A stretch of DNA of 53,044 nucleotides, counting the filler, from Catajapyx aquilonaris (taxonomy: Eukaryota), in assembly GCA_000934665.2 (NCBI GenBank). It is 3 parts of 3 records of this genome, joined end to end, with 100 filler letters (N's around TTAATTAATTAA, not from the genome) between each part and the next. Parts side by side here need not be neighbours in the genome. Positions count along the whole stretch, not along the records: positions 17,682 to 35,357 come from JYFJ02006912.1; positions 35,458 to 53,044 come from KZ539616.1; 1 more part is not named here. The stretch is one strand, 5' to 3'. The position numbers and the translations under genes were made by a program. The first letter of the stretch is position 1; each line of letters starts with the position of its first letter. Positions 23,387 to 37,031 of this stretch are shown in pieces. The notes below the pieces were generated by a model that ran no database searches, was not told the DNA's origin, and saw nothing but the letters and a program-made list of their open reading frames with translations.

Positions 23387-26300
23387 TACATTCTATAATT
23401 ATATGAGTCACAATTTTCTGCACGTTTCGCCTTATCTCGTGCCAACTCAGAGTGAAGTAACTGACAAGAAACAAATTTGGCCAAATCAAAACAGGTGCTT
23501 CCTAATTATTCGGCAGCCATGCTCACTGTACCCTAGTGTATTTTTGCTTCCAACTGACGATACACACTCCTTGAATAAATATACCCATCAATCTTGTGTC
23601 CATCCATTTTACGGTTTTATTTTTGATGCACCCCTCCAACCCCCCCCCCTACCCCACCCTTAAGACCGGTGGATGAGTGCGTCTTGTCAGTGCGTTTGTT
23701 GAATCTTTGATCTAGTCTTACCACTTTCGCATGCCACTCGTGGTAATGAACCGCCAAGAGCAACATCTGGAAGCTCTCACGCTTCCCCTACCCTTCCTAT
23801 ACACAAGAGTTGGCAGCCACGCTCTCAGGCGGCTGAAGACTGACAGACACAAAAATAAAGAGATGAAAATGACACGAAGCTGGTCCTGGCCGGTGTCATG
23901 ACCTCTTAGATGTACTCTCTAAATAGATGAGGAAAATAGTCATTTTAGTGTAAACCTGAAGGTCGATCGCGCATATGACGAACTTGGCGGCCGTTTTTGG
24001 TAATAATTGGTAACGCCCGAGGTTCAACAAAAATACAAGGTTCTTCAGATATGTTCCGCATTCATGTCAGCTTATTAATCTGTACATTCACCCACATCCT
24101 GGTCCCCCTATCCCCAATACTTGGCTGGTTTTACATGTTTTTGTCTGACTGCCCCCATGTGCTCATTACCTCTGAAGCTAGTCCACCTCGGGCAAATTCA
24201 GTCTGAGCCAGGAGACTGTACACTGTGTGTAGGTACCACCAGCAGCCCTTCGCAGTCCCTGCTCCCCCAGCCAGCCCTTGTTGTCAATATTGGGGGAGGG
24301 GGCAACAGGGAAAGGGGGGGGGGAGGGGAGGGGAAGCTCTCATTCCGACGCCCAACACAAAGCATCCCTAGGGGATTCTATCAATGAACACTCTCGCACC
24401 AAATGAGAATATTCAACCATATTTTGTTTCGCGGAAACGTTACGCTCGAAAAAGCGCGGTAAGTCGAGAAGAGTTGGCGGGAAGGATTACGCTGCCGGTT
24501 AATTACTGGATCGTGTTTGGAACTGAATCCACAACAAAGTTGTGTATTGTCTGGGCTAAACCGGGCCTTCATGTACTATCACTTCAGATATATTAGCAAC
24601 AAGGTATTCAATTTCTCCATCAGACGCCTTTATTTGGGGCTCCACAAGCTCTCAGTCGATTTTATGCCCAGTTGAATTGAAAATAAGGTCCAAAACTTTT
24701 GTTCAACAATGTCACTACCTTTTTTTTGTTGTTTGGGACGGAAGATTGGTTTTAAAACGGCACCGGCATAAGACGTTACGGGGAAAACCCGTGGCCACAT
24801 TTCTCTTTCTCCCGCGCCGACAGAGCCAATGAGCTGTCGCTCCCCTTCTTTCCCCTTGTCACTTTCTGAACCGAGAGCACTGTAGTATTTTCAAAGAGCG
24901 TCTACGCTAACAGGGAAAGCTCGGCTCACTGCCCATACAAAAAAAAAGGTAAGCTGGTGCGGGGTTTTGGATTAGCGTCCGATTTACAGTCCCAGATTTA
25001 AATCCAAGTATTTAGTGTAAAAGCAACTTTTTCTACACTCTGCAAATGCACATCCATCCTCAGGCCAAAGTGCACTATTATACAGTAGCTGGGTCATCCT
25101 GTCTTAACACAGCACTCCAGATTTGTGTTCAATGCCTCTGAAGCAATTCTCCCACATGCAAAGGGCATAACAGTTGCCCTTTCGTCAAAGCTACCTACAG
25201 GCCAACTAATAAACCACAGGTGTCCAGACCTATCTCTGGATATCATATCGTCGACACCCGTAATACGGTGCATTAAAAACGTCCCGAATTTCATCAGGGC
25301 TAGAATTACATTGCATTTTTCCCCGCCCTGCGCCATAATCCATATTCGTGTCCTACTCAGTTTCAAATGAATCAAGGCGGCATATCAGGTTACCGTCGGC
25401 GTCGAGCAACCTCCGTCAATGGCATGCAATGACGCTAATGGACGGCATTTCGAGTGGCATGGATGCACCCTACTTGGGGGTACGCTGTAGACAGGGTGAG
25501 ACCTAGTTGACACTGGATGGAGAATTTGCACAGGTACGCACTCGGCAGAAGCAAAGAGAAACAGGAGGGAAAAAGTAGAGTCAGAGCACACTACTTTTTC
25601 CCCATTTGACGACAGGTGTGCTGGAAATTGCGACATCTATTTTTAAGTGCGTCTACATACCCCTCTTTTCACCATCCCCCCCTTTTTTTTCAAGGGTCCC
25701 TTAAAGGTCAGGTCCAGGCTCGGCTGGCATTTCGGTGCTGGTTGTTCAATGATGCAACGGGTCTTTGGCTTTAGTATACGGCTGTTCATGCCTGGGGTCC
25801 GGTGTTGGAAACAAACTTGCCATATACACAGTAGTTTTCCCTTTTGTTGTGTATCATTCCGGGTGTCAGCAATAAATTAGATCCAGCATACTGCTTTACA
25901 ATTACCATTAACAAATCATGAAGATTCCCAGGAATCTTCGTGTTGTGGAAGGGTGTCCTATCGAACATTTCCGCCTCCAAAAAAGTCCTGGAAGCCAAGC
26001 CACGTGCAGACCCATTTTAGTCCCCTTAAGACGTCCGCCGTCCCTGAAAAGGTAGGGAAGCCCCTCTCCCCACCTACCCCCACCCATTTTTTACTTGGCT
26101 GCTGTCCCCTTTTCTCAGGCCGTGACATCCAATTAAATCGGCTTGATCGATGCCCTGCCGATGTCCCCAGAAGAAAAGACGGACGGCACGCGAGGATATG
26201 TGTGAGTCATTGGCCCAGCACGTGCTTTTTCACACCCGAAAATGACGGACATTGGCCAATAACAACCCTCCCTACCCTACACCCACACCCCAAACACCAA

Positions 26301-26656
26301 AGCTTGTGTGTGGTCTTACAAATCAGAGAAAGGATGCTGAATACTAAATAGATTGCAGCCTACCCCTACAGCCCCCTCCTGTCCGATGGGAGCATTCATC
26401 ACACGTGCGTCCCCCGCCTCCAAACATGGGCAACTGAAGAATCGGACACACTCACGAGTTCGCGTCAGCTTTGTCAAGTAATGACAGGTTACACGCGCGA
26501 CAAGCCTGATAGCTACTACGCTTTTCACTTTGATGTTTTTTTTGTGAAACCGTTTTGCACACCACTGAGGACGAAATTTGATGTACTGGGAGTAAGGCTG
26601 TCCGGGGATGGGACCGACTTAATGGTACCTCTGGTCGTTCACTTCATACTGTACAG

Positions 26657-26990
26657 CAGTGGTTCCCAACCTTTTTCGGGTCGCGACCCCCTTTTATGAT
26701 AACTTAGGGCCGGTTTCACCGAGCTTGGTATATGATAAAACCAGGTTTCTTTAGGAAAATCCATACAAATAGATAGGGATTTTGAGAAATACCCTGGTTT
26801 TATCATATACTGAGCTCGGTGAAACCGGCCCTTAGTCAAGTAACCTGCGACCCCCCNCCCCCCCCCGAGTGTTAGTAGGTGTTGAAAAAAAACCTTCGCG
26901 ATAAAATTTCCTATTAAGATTTTGTTGATTTTTAAAAAATTATAGTAATTTTTACGCGGCCACGCGCGACCCCCAGGTTGGGAACCACTG
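26657..26990. mobile_element. hAT (Charlie-like) MITE
   Basis: TIR cagtggttcccaacc / ggttgggaaccactg. 8-bp TSD ctgtacag (26649-26656, 26991-26998). Confidence 0.93.
26707..26831. mobile_element. PIF/Harbinger MITE nested in the hAT MITE
   Basis: Near-palindromic, with gggccggtttcaccgagct termini and a TTA TSD (26704-26706, 26832-26834). Confidence 0.9.
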
Positions 26991-29900
26991 CTGTACAGGG
27001 TGCTACAGCTCTGAGGTAATATCGTACTTTATCACAGAACAGGTCTTTTACATGACATCTTAGGCCTTATATGATTGATTGTGACTAAACAGGATTATGT
27101 TGACAGCTGCCACGTGCAGTTACAATAGAGCAGTGTCACTTGCGAATTTTGATACACTGTACACTCTAGCTTTAATGCACGTTAAATATCAACGACGCGA
27201 AAAAGCCCTCCCAACGAGCAGAGTGCACTGTACACTCCCGAGGGATACTTGTTCTGTACAGTACCGGGTCCGCTGTCTACGACAGCACTGACCGCTCTGT
27301 AACCCCCACCCCGGTTCCTTCACACCCCCGCCCCTCCTTTGTTAACCATATCCAGTCCCTGCAAAGCCCTAAATCCTTATTCAATAGCCCCATTTGTCCG
27401 CCCGCATCTGGTAGACCACCTACTCAGACGATGACAACGCATCCCTTATGATACACTGCATCAACAAGGTGGCTGCAAGGGTAGGTCAACTCACCCCTGG
27501 GCCTTAATCCCCCCCCCCTCCCCCCCATTCCTTTTGAACACCATAGAGGTCACCACCACCATAGGGACAGCCTCAAAAACCAAACCGCCCCATTCATGTG
27601 TGCAGCATGTGGTGTAATCATGGGGGGAGGGGGGGGGGAGGATCCCTACCCCTGTGTGATTCAAATCAGTGGGAAGGGGGGTGGGTTGAGTGGAGGAAGG
27701 GGGAGGGGGGAGACCATGGTCTTTTTCTACTCGTGATGGACGGCTTGCACTGCTTACAGTAGGGTTTTGGCTGGGGAATTCTGGGGGATTCAGGGCTCTT
27801 GTGTGTTTTACCAGGGATGGTCGCAATATTAGATTTGAACAGGAGGGTACATTGCCTTGCAATGTAACTGGCGCACTTTTGGTCACTTTCAGGGCAGGCT
27901 CATCTGGATTTAATTGTGGGGTAATTAATTGGCTGTTTGTCCTCTAGTTCATAATACTACAAACGTTTCCTTGCAGTATTACGCCACATACATCAACTTT
28001 GGGGACTGACATGATGGCTTCAGGAATACTAGCTGCTAAATATTTTACTCGCAAGTCTGATAATATTAAAATTTAGAAGGATATATTTCGTGGTTGAATT
28101 ATTGCCTGTAGAAATGCAGCAGGTCGAATACATTACGATTTCATAAAATAGAAGTGTGATTGTCTCGGCAATTTATAACTCTTATAAAAATATGATGTGT
28201 GTTTTACAAAATGTATGTGAGACAGCTTATGTCTGGGGTCATATACCACTTCAATATTTTAAAGATACGTTCGTGTGCGTAGTGCGATTCAAAAGCACGC
28301 AATCCTTAAAGGGAAGGTATATGGGGCTCAAATTGTTTTGGCCACTTTATCCTGCTCTTGAAGTAACCCTTCGCACAGGCCCCACGTTGAGCAGGTGTGT
28401 GTGTGTGAAGGGTTGCTTCAAGACCATGGTAAAGTGGCCAAAACAATTAGAACTCCATAGTACAAAGTGTTGATCATAATATTGCTGTTCTGAAAGTGCC
28501 CAAAACTTATATGCTATAAGTTTAGACTGTTTAGAGTAAACTTTAACTAGTTTTAGCTTTGGGCTGCTACTGTGAATATTGCGGCTAACGGTTGTGCAGT
28601 TGTGAATCTCTCGGATGCAGGAAAGATCGGAAGAATTTTCTGAGGCTCAGTGATGAACTCTTCAGAAACAGACTTTGGAAATTAACATATTATGTCTTCC
28701 ACATATTAATGCTGAGCCAGGTTCACAAAATAGTGCACGTATTAACATATACGGTACTGAAGTACTGTAAATACAATACTGTACGAAAATAATATAACTT
28801 ACAGATGGTTAATTGCAACAAGCTATATTGGTGTTATACTGCACTATCGCATGCTGCTTTTTATGCCACATATTAAGTGGTTATAGGCATCATATGCAAC
28901 AGTTACTATTCTAACCGTATAGGCACCGTGTGGTCAGTTCTGGCTGACCGTCCTATAGTAGGTTATGCTAGAAAACTATCATTATTCTTCTGTTCCATAC
29001 ATCAACCCCGAGCTTTAAAAGTGGTCTATAATGTCACGCGTTAGATCTCTAGTAACGTGTTATTCGGTCAACAACAGGGTCGGTCCTGTCGCTCAACAAG
29101 TTGACACAACGCATTCCGGGCACCCGGGCGCACGCGCCGTTGCGCTCGGATAACACCTCTCAAGTGTCAAATTTTCAATCGCCCCCACTCACCCCCTATA
29201 GGCTATACCTACCTCCTCTTTGTGTGATGAAAACCAGGCATAACTGCACCGCGGTCAAATTGGACAAATGGTCGGAAGCGATGTTCACAAAGTGTCGCCG
29301 GTGTTTGTGAATATTATGGTAATTATATCGATAGCCACGATTTATTGGGGGTTAGGGTTAAAGGCCTCATTTTTTAAGTCCCGCACGTGTGTATTTTTTT
29401 GATTTTTTTCCCCCTTGTTCCGTTCCTGAGCGATGTCGAAATGGATGTCATTTTCGACACTTTTGTCACTCTCCCTCTCTCCGCCTCCCCCCCACGTGTT
29501 TGCCTGAAAAGGCTTCTTCGAAATAGGCAGACGTACTTTTTCATTACTACCAACGTCTCTATTTTGTATCCCATTTTCCCGGGCAAGGTTCTTTCAATAA
29601 GCCGTCCTTTCTTCGCCATTGACGTCTCGCAGTGATTTCCCCCCCACCCCTCTTTTCCATTGTCACTGGGCCTTTGCCGTTCAATTTCTCATTTTGAGGC
29701 CTTCTTTATGCTCTTATAACCCAACACTGCACCATTTTGTCAGCCCTCCAATCAATACGCTCTAAATGAAAATGAGATCTAAAAAGAAAAATGAAACCGG
29801 GTTTGAATTCGGTGCGTATAACGTTTATACGCCATCAAAACCCCCGGCTCAATTCGGCCATATTGTATCACTCTTTTTTTGGCGAATTGGAAAACCGGGC

Positions 29901-30392
29901 ATTGCACGGGAAATGACCAAATATCCGCGAAGGAAATGACTTTTACTCACGAACACCCGATTGATTCAACAATAATCTAAAATCGGTGAAACACGTCCAA
30001 AAAAAATGATGGTTCCACACGGTCTACTCTCGTTTTCCAGACATCCACGTGAGGTCCACATTGTTCCATAGCAACCATTCCATCCGATCTCCCCTTCTCT
30101 GTTAGAAAAAAAAAGCTCATCTAGTGCGCGCCCCACGTGGGACTCATCGATTTGCTGGTTGCTTTTAGGGAACACTCGTCGTGTTGGGGAGCTCAGTCGG
30201 CAGGCGGTGCAGACGCTGGAAACATCGCTGACGGAGGCGGTCGTAGAGGGCCTGCCACGTGTTGGAGACTCAAATATGGCGAGACAGAGGATGGTGATGA
30301 AGGGGTGTTGGGTACGGCCGCTGGCTTCAGGAAGACCATCGGTGAGCACGTCCAAGTCTGATCCATCCAGTTCGGAGGTGCTGTCATTGACA

Positions 30393-30631
30393 ATGTCGTG
30401 GTCGTCGGAGTACGGCGCGGTGGCAGGCAGTTTCCTGATAGCTGTTGCGGTGTATTTGAACAGTCTGAATGGTGACTTTGTGCACGACGATGTGAGTGTC
30501 GTCGTGAGGAACCCTGATGTACAGCCGGGTCAACCTTGGGGTGTGGTGTTGGTCAACGACTACTGGGGGACACCGATGGCCAGTCCGTTGTCGCACAAGT
30601 CGTACCGCCCGCTTACGGTCGCCAGTTTTCG
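30393..30631 (+). CDS. TMTC1: First coding exon of a TMTC-family protein O-mannosyltransferase, most like TMTC1 (alternative in-frame ATG at 30276)
   Basis: MSWSSEYGAVAGSFLIAVAVYLNSLNGDFVHDDVSVVVRNPDV...NDYWGTPMASPLSHKSYRPLTVASFR: TM1, DD motif and SHKSYRPL signature. FVHDD and NPDV favour TMTC1. Phase-2 donor CG|GTGAG at 30631/30632. Confidence 0.9.
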
Positions 30632-33214
30632 GTGAGCATTTTTCACCTGTGTGATTGACCGCCACTTCATATTAATAGCGTAACATTGTTATAGCGAGTA
30701 AAACGTTGCAATAGTTTTTTTGAACACTAATTGACGTAATTCTGACTTCGGCTCTTCAATTTATTAGCAATCTATCACAGTCATAATGAGGTTTAACATT
30801 TTAATCATTAATGAAGCTCCTAGTGACACCTTCTGTTTTAATCAGGCATTTATCCAAATTAGTCAGTCGAGAGCAGTGTTTTACTGTTTATCAAACTGTG
30901 GCTGACAAAACCACATGGGTAACAACCAATTACTTTGCCTATGTTGAAAAATATATCTCCAAATAAGTTCGCCAAACCGAAAATTTTGGGATAATTATTT
31001 GGTGGGCACTTTCGGTAATTGAACTCTGTGTGCTGTTGTGCTGATACAAATAATATAAAATGATTATGTGCAGCATAATTACACTCCGCACGTATACTGT
31101 AAACCGCAATTTGATGCTTTGTTGCGATTATCACATTTTTCATTTGTGAAATGCGGCGTATGATATATATAAACGGCACTGTATGACAGGTACACGTTTA
31201 ACAACGTTATTAGTTTCTTGTACTTCTGCGAAACCTATATCCTGAGGGAAATTGGTTTCTCATAAAATCACCGACAGCGCTGCAATATATTTCCAGGATT
31301 ATATTGAAACGTATCAATTTTCTTGCAAGAGCACTTATTGCACAAGTTTCTGAGTAACCGCAGTAATTAAAGAAGCTATATTAAATGCCTCTCCAAATTT
31401 ACGAGGTCTCCGCAAAACTTTATTGAGGTTATAAGCACTCTCTCCGTGTACACACGATTACCACATGTGTTTCACTCGACGCGAGAATGATAAACACAGT
31501 AAAAACATTCGCACCCGGATAACATCATCAAGGAAAAAATAACCCCGTCGGGGTGTAGGTCTGTCTACCGTGACATTTTGCACAAACTCCTAACCGTACA
31601 TCACACGTAATCCATGCGTGTTGGCCCCGCATGTGTCAGCAGTACCATAGAGTGCGCGAATAATTTCGCAACTCCATTTCCATATCCAGTATTCTGCCTC
31701 ATCTTTTTTTTCATAAAACAAAAGAACATCAAAAATTACAGCCATGCAATAGCGCATTTTTAGCACCCCGTTTCCAAAAAAAAAAGTCACAATCGCGAAT
31801 TATGCCTGTGCATATTTACGTGCTAAAATTCAGCCATTGACTCATCAATTAGAGCGACGTTTGGCGTTCATAATTTTCCTACACCATTTTGCATCCTACG
31901 CATTACTAATTTAAGGGTTGGGAGGGTGGGTGGGAAAAGGGGGAAAAAGCCCACCCTCCCAACCTACCCCGATAATTTGCGCTGCCGAACTTGATTTTGG
32001 CAAATAAACGTGCCATTGCATTTCTGTAAATAGGGGTGAACCCATGCACGCACCCAAATGACGCGTCCGAATTATCTCTACGGTTGTAACCATGGCGTAC
32101 AATTTTTTTTTGTACCCCCCTCTACCCATTTCTCCATTCGTGGAATAATAACCCAATATTCCGCATGTGATTCCCGTGGGCTTTTATTCCCTGTCGCATA
32201 ATGTAGGATGATAGAGTGCTTACCATGTAATTATGGATAGTGTCCGCTCATTTCATCAGAGAAGAAGCCCAGGGCGTCTGGAAAGATCCGTTCAATATAT
32301 AGAAGCACGAACTCATTACAGGTATCTGTCGTGCAGGGACTTTACTCTAGTGCACCCCCCGTCCCCCCCACAAAGGTTTCCTCCCTTCCAAACCCTGCAA
32401 GTTTTGCGTGTGTAGACAATTTTGGGTTGGCATTTTATATTCCCGAATGAGTCCGACATACTGGCTCCGTTTATGCTGCCTTCTTAGGCCAATGAACGTC
32501 TCAACTATGATTTTGGTCACGAAATGGATTGTTGCCGATAGTGTCCAATCAAGGAAGGAGATCTATAATCGATCACTTCTGAAATAGTTACACTGTTTTA
32601 TTGCGGAGTCGAGTTGGCCGTTCATTCCATTTTCACTGCACTTCACGTGATTGAATTTCTGAGACGCTTATGAATTGAAAGAGTACTGTGCTGATAAACA
32701 AGAGGTCAAAAAACTTAAGAGGAAATAGGTGAAATGCTATTGCCATTTTGGTTTCAGTGAGGAAACATGGGTTGTTATAAGTGTGGACGAAATTTATTTT
32801 GGAGAACGAATTCACAATGCATTTACATTATCACGCTCTGACACTAGATTCCTGGTAAACGCATAATAGGTTAGGCCGATAGCTCTACATCACTTATTGG
32901 CTTGGGAGGAGTGTTGTGGAAAATTAGTGTTGGTGACAGCAACACGTGAACAGCAAGGTGTATTCCACTGGTTGTTCCACGCATGGCAGTATAGCCTATA
33001 TCTGGGTATTTCTATTGTTCATGCGGGTCTGTAACCATAACTTAATTTCTGAAGCATGCTGTAACGATGCCTGTCAGTTCCAACCGACAATAATGTATAC
33101 TATTTTGGATTTGGAGTAGGTCTAGGACTTGCCTTTTTGCAGCATGAGTTACTGACCATCCTGTCTGGATATTTACTTCATCTGAGTAATCTGCATTACA
33201 CCATATAAATATAA

Positions 33215-33860
33215 AAGTTCCCATAGAGATTGAATTTTGCTGTGTTCGACGATCAGTTCGAGATGTTGCTCTGTATAGTCTATAATATATTATATTATAT
33301 GAAAAATTGCGACTGAGTTTTAACATATTTGTCCCCTTGGTAGTGAAAATATGGACTTGAATGTTGCGAATTTGCCATTTTTTTGCATTTTCAATGGCCA
33401 CAGAAAGTGCTATGAAGGTGACAATATTTTAACTCGAATTTTTATGACAATTGCAGATGATGGCCAATTTTTTGAATAGAATATTGTTTACGAACAATAA
33501 TTTTCATCTGATTAAAAATGCACGCATGAAGGATTCCCCGTTGTCATATCCTATTTGAAATGCTGCCGCTTTTATTTTATTAAGTACCAATTTAAGTAAA
33601 CAATATGTGACTTGAAAATTGGCCATTATCTACCACTGTTATAAAAATGAATATTAAGACAGGTTTCTATAGTGCCTTCTTGTGGCCATTTTAAATAAGA
33701 CGAAATTGCAAATCCTCAACTTTTAAGCCTAGATTTTCACTACTCGGGAAACAGATATTTCAGATATGAATTTCATTTCATCTAATATAATTATTTATTA
33801 ACAACTTCCAACAGAAATGATAGTCGAACACCACAAAATCCATCTTCAATAAGAACCTTT
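33215..33860. repeat. Old long inverted repeat (foldback/MITE), arms ~33215-33470 and ~33615-33860
   Basis: The reverse complement of the left arm (aaaattggccatcatctgcaattgtcataaaaat...tgtggccatt...attttcactac...gtcgaacacagcaaaattc) aligns with the right arm (aaaattggccattatctaccactgttataaaaat...tgtggccatt...attttcactac...gtcgaacaccacaaaatcc). Confidence 0.8.
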
Positions 33861-35357
33861 CTGGCACACTTTTAAAATCAAAATAATTCCGCTGAGTTGT
33901 AAACACAAACTTACCCCGACTATATGCAGCCTGCCAACATTTTCATCATTACTATACAGTATAATAAGCCAACTTAGCAAGTGTTATTTTATGGGAGGTG
34001 GAGGGAATCTATACCTGCATCTAGAAAGCTTTAAGTACTTGTATGAAAAAATGAAATATCATCAAAGGCATTCGCTTAATTGGAGATGCGATATAATGTT
34101 CAAAGCGAGGCAAGTACGCCTATATCGGTACTTCAATAAATAAACCTGAGATCAATTCTCCCTATATTTTTTTCAATAGTGTACAGTCAGGGGAGAATAT
34201 CTTTGCAGCGGATTCCAAGCACATACTTCGTATTTCACTTCCCATTAGACTAATGACTGGTTAAAATGGAATTCACCTGAAAATGGAAGATTTATCGTCA
34301 GCAAGTTCGCAATATCCATGATTAGGACGTAACAATGGTCAAAGGAACTTCAGAACACAATAGGAGTTAATAAGCTTACACGAGATTTTCTTAAGGATCA
34401 GGTGAATGAAAGGCCATCACATACCCGACCCTGGCTCTGTCTGTACGCCCTTTCAAAGTCGGTCCCAGAATCAACAAGACCAGCTATGACACCAGTCCAC
34501 TCTGCACCCTCCCCACCTGGAAGTGACTTAGATTAGAGTATAAGTCACTCACCCTGACCGAACCCAATCTGAAAAGTGGTTCTCATATACGTCATCATCG
34601 TATTTTTTTAATGTAGATTGCAATTCCACTCCTAAGGGAATTCCATCAACCCCCGGATTACTCCAGCTATGTAATGTCCATCTCATTTACTCACAATAAC
34701 TGAACCACACCTTATTTGTTAACTAATCCCTTTAAAAAAACCTATCCTCGAGTAATTTCAAGAATGTCGATTCTAGGTTAATTATGGCTGGAACGGAGAA
34801 GATAGAGCAGGGTGGGTGGGTGGCAGGCCCGAGTGTTATAGACATCCCATTAGTTCCGGAGAATATCCGGAGCATTTCTAGCAGGAGTCGCAAGCAAGGC
34901 CGTCCGCAAAGCGTATATAGGAGCCCAGCAGTCTGCTATATGCCGTCAAGCTGCGGGGATGATGAGGCCTGTAATCAGAATCAAAGTAGCGTAGCATTAC
35001 TTCTCACGGCTTTGACAGACTTTGATTACTCTCCTTAGCTGGATTTCCAATTATTACTCACTCGCTTATCACTGGTTTATACACAGTATAGACGGCCTTG
35101 CTGCTGCGCACTCCAAAGTCAACTGACAGCCACTGCAGGTGATTTGCTGGATACACGTCACGTGACTTGCCATCTTAGGGGGTCAAATTTACAAGGAAGA
35201 GGAAAGAGAACACGCTTCTCTGATTATTGGAAGTGGTGACAGTCTCCTTGATATTAATTGTTAAATTATGTATGACAAATATACGACATTCAATGACATG
35301 CACATGTAACACCGTTGGGGTACAGTTGCAGCAATAATAACAGGGGCGGATCCAGGG

Positions 35358-35457
35358 NNNNNNNNNNNNNNNNNNNNNNNNNNNNNNNNNNNNNNNNNNN
35401 NTTAATTAATTAANNNNNNNNNNNNNNNNNNNNNNNNNNNNNNNNNNNNNNNNNNNN
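35358..35457. other. Assembly gap with TTAATTAATTAA linker
   Basis: 100-bp N run, linker at 35402-35413. Confidence 0.97.
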
Positions 35458-36719
35458 CGGAGTCTTCGGGGGCCGGTCTGTGATATCCAAGGTGATATCA
35501 CAGAGAGTAAGAGAGGTGGTCCGCCATTTTATTCGCAGCTGACCCCGTTATCAGCGCCACCACGGCAAGAAGTGTCAACCTGCGCCCGCTAAAGCGCCGC
35601 CGCGGAAGAAGTGTCAAGCTACGCTCCACACAGTAGCAAGGTGTCACTGAGGTGTCACTGAGGTGTCACCCAGATAAATTCTCATGAATTGCCGCACATT
35701 TTGAATCATGTTTCACTTCCGTAGGTGTACTCGTTGGAATGTTATTCGGAAATAAAAATAGGCACCGACTGCTGATACACCCTGTATACTGAACTGTGTG
35801 CCTCCGGTCATGCTGATAATGAAAGTTCTGAATCACTAGAATGCAGAATGCAGGTTTGAGAGAGTGCGGAGAAGAGTTGCTGGAGGCTGTCAATGGAATT
35901 ACTTTTGCTGAATCAAGAGGGACTACTAACGTGGAATTAGTATACGAGAGAAGATGGAGGGAAATTTCCAGAGTTCCACCTCTACACCAATTTTAATCCT
36001 AAATGTCTAAAGGTTCATATTAATTTTAGTGTTATGTGCCAAAAAGCCGTGACCGACATTCATATAACTTAATGTTTCATTCATGTCACGCCATTTCACT
36101 TCACATGCCCTATAACCTGTAACGATCTACGAGTATCTTGCTAGATACCGTAAGTAGCTAGTAGCTACCCAATGCCAATTCACATCGGGCCCATCTCACG
36201 GCAGAAGGTCAAACTAGTCTACCGATTTTTTTCATATGTACAGTACAGTACCACAATACAGGCATGCCTATGTATGGCCCACGGGTATGGCCCTTGGAAA
36301 TATTCACTAGTATGCGCAAAGATTACAATTTCCGGAAGGGCCAATGGCTTCCACTGTGCCATAGGACTACACCTTCACATGCGCACTTTGAGCAAAATAG
36401 TCACCCTTGTATGTTTCTAGAAACATCCCTTTCCCCTGCAGTTTCCAAAATGCGTGTTATTTATTTTTCGATATAGGGAGTGTAGAGGATTCCATGGAAA
36501 TTTTGGGAGGGTGGTGGGTGAGACTGGAGGGGAGGGGGCGAAGGGTAGGGGAGGGGAGGGGCACTGGGTGGGTGTCGGAGGGGGGTGACCGTAAAACTTC
36601 AGGGTAGGATCGATAGAGCAAGCTGAGCGTAGGGCGAGGTGTGTAGTGAGGGATATCGCTTGGTTACAACTGACGGGAACAACACAAAACATTACATATC
36701 TACCGAACCCTGGGTACTT

Positions 36720-37031
36720 CCCAGTGACGTCAAGTTGGCGCGCGTTTGAAAACAGACAGGCACGGTGATTGGTCTTTGTCAGTGAGGGGGTGAGGGGGGC
36801 AGGGGGAGGAGGAAAAGGGGGAGATTGTTCGACGAAGATGCAGCAGAACGGAGTTGGACGGTGACGCAGTAAGGAAGTGAGCAATTCGCACACCCGAGGT
36901 GGTTGTGTACCCCCAATATGGCAGCTTGTTGCCAGTGAGACAGCAGCCAGCCCCATCAGCATTGCAGGCAGGAGTTCACAGGACAGCTGCAGTGTGTCCC
37001 CATCCAGTTTCTGCGTCGCACCTGAGACAAG
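36720..37031 (+). promoter_or_regulatory. Candidate promoter plus non-coding first exon
   Basis: CRE TGACGTCA (36725-36732), reverse CCAAT (36768-36772), G-rich tracts, and a GC-rich stretch ending at donor-like AAG|GTTTGT (37031/37032). Confidence 0.3.

Noticed and set aside
25094..25640. Short ORFs and a CTGATGA (hammerhead-like core) on the minus strand
   Set aside because: No protein similarity recognised, and no stem II/GAAA to complete a hammerhead.
34760..35160. Possible solo LTR
   Set aside because: Could not define TG..CA ends, TSD, PBS or PPT.
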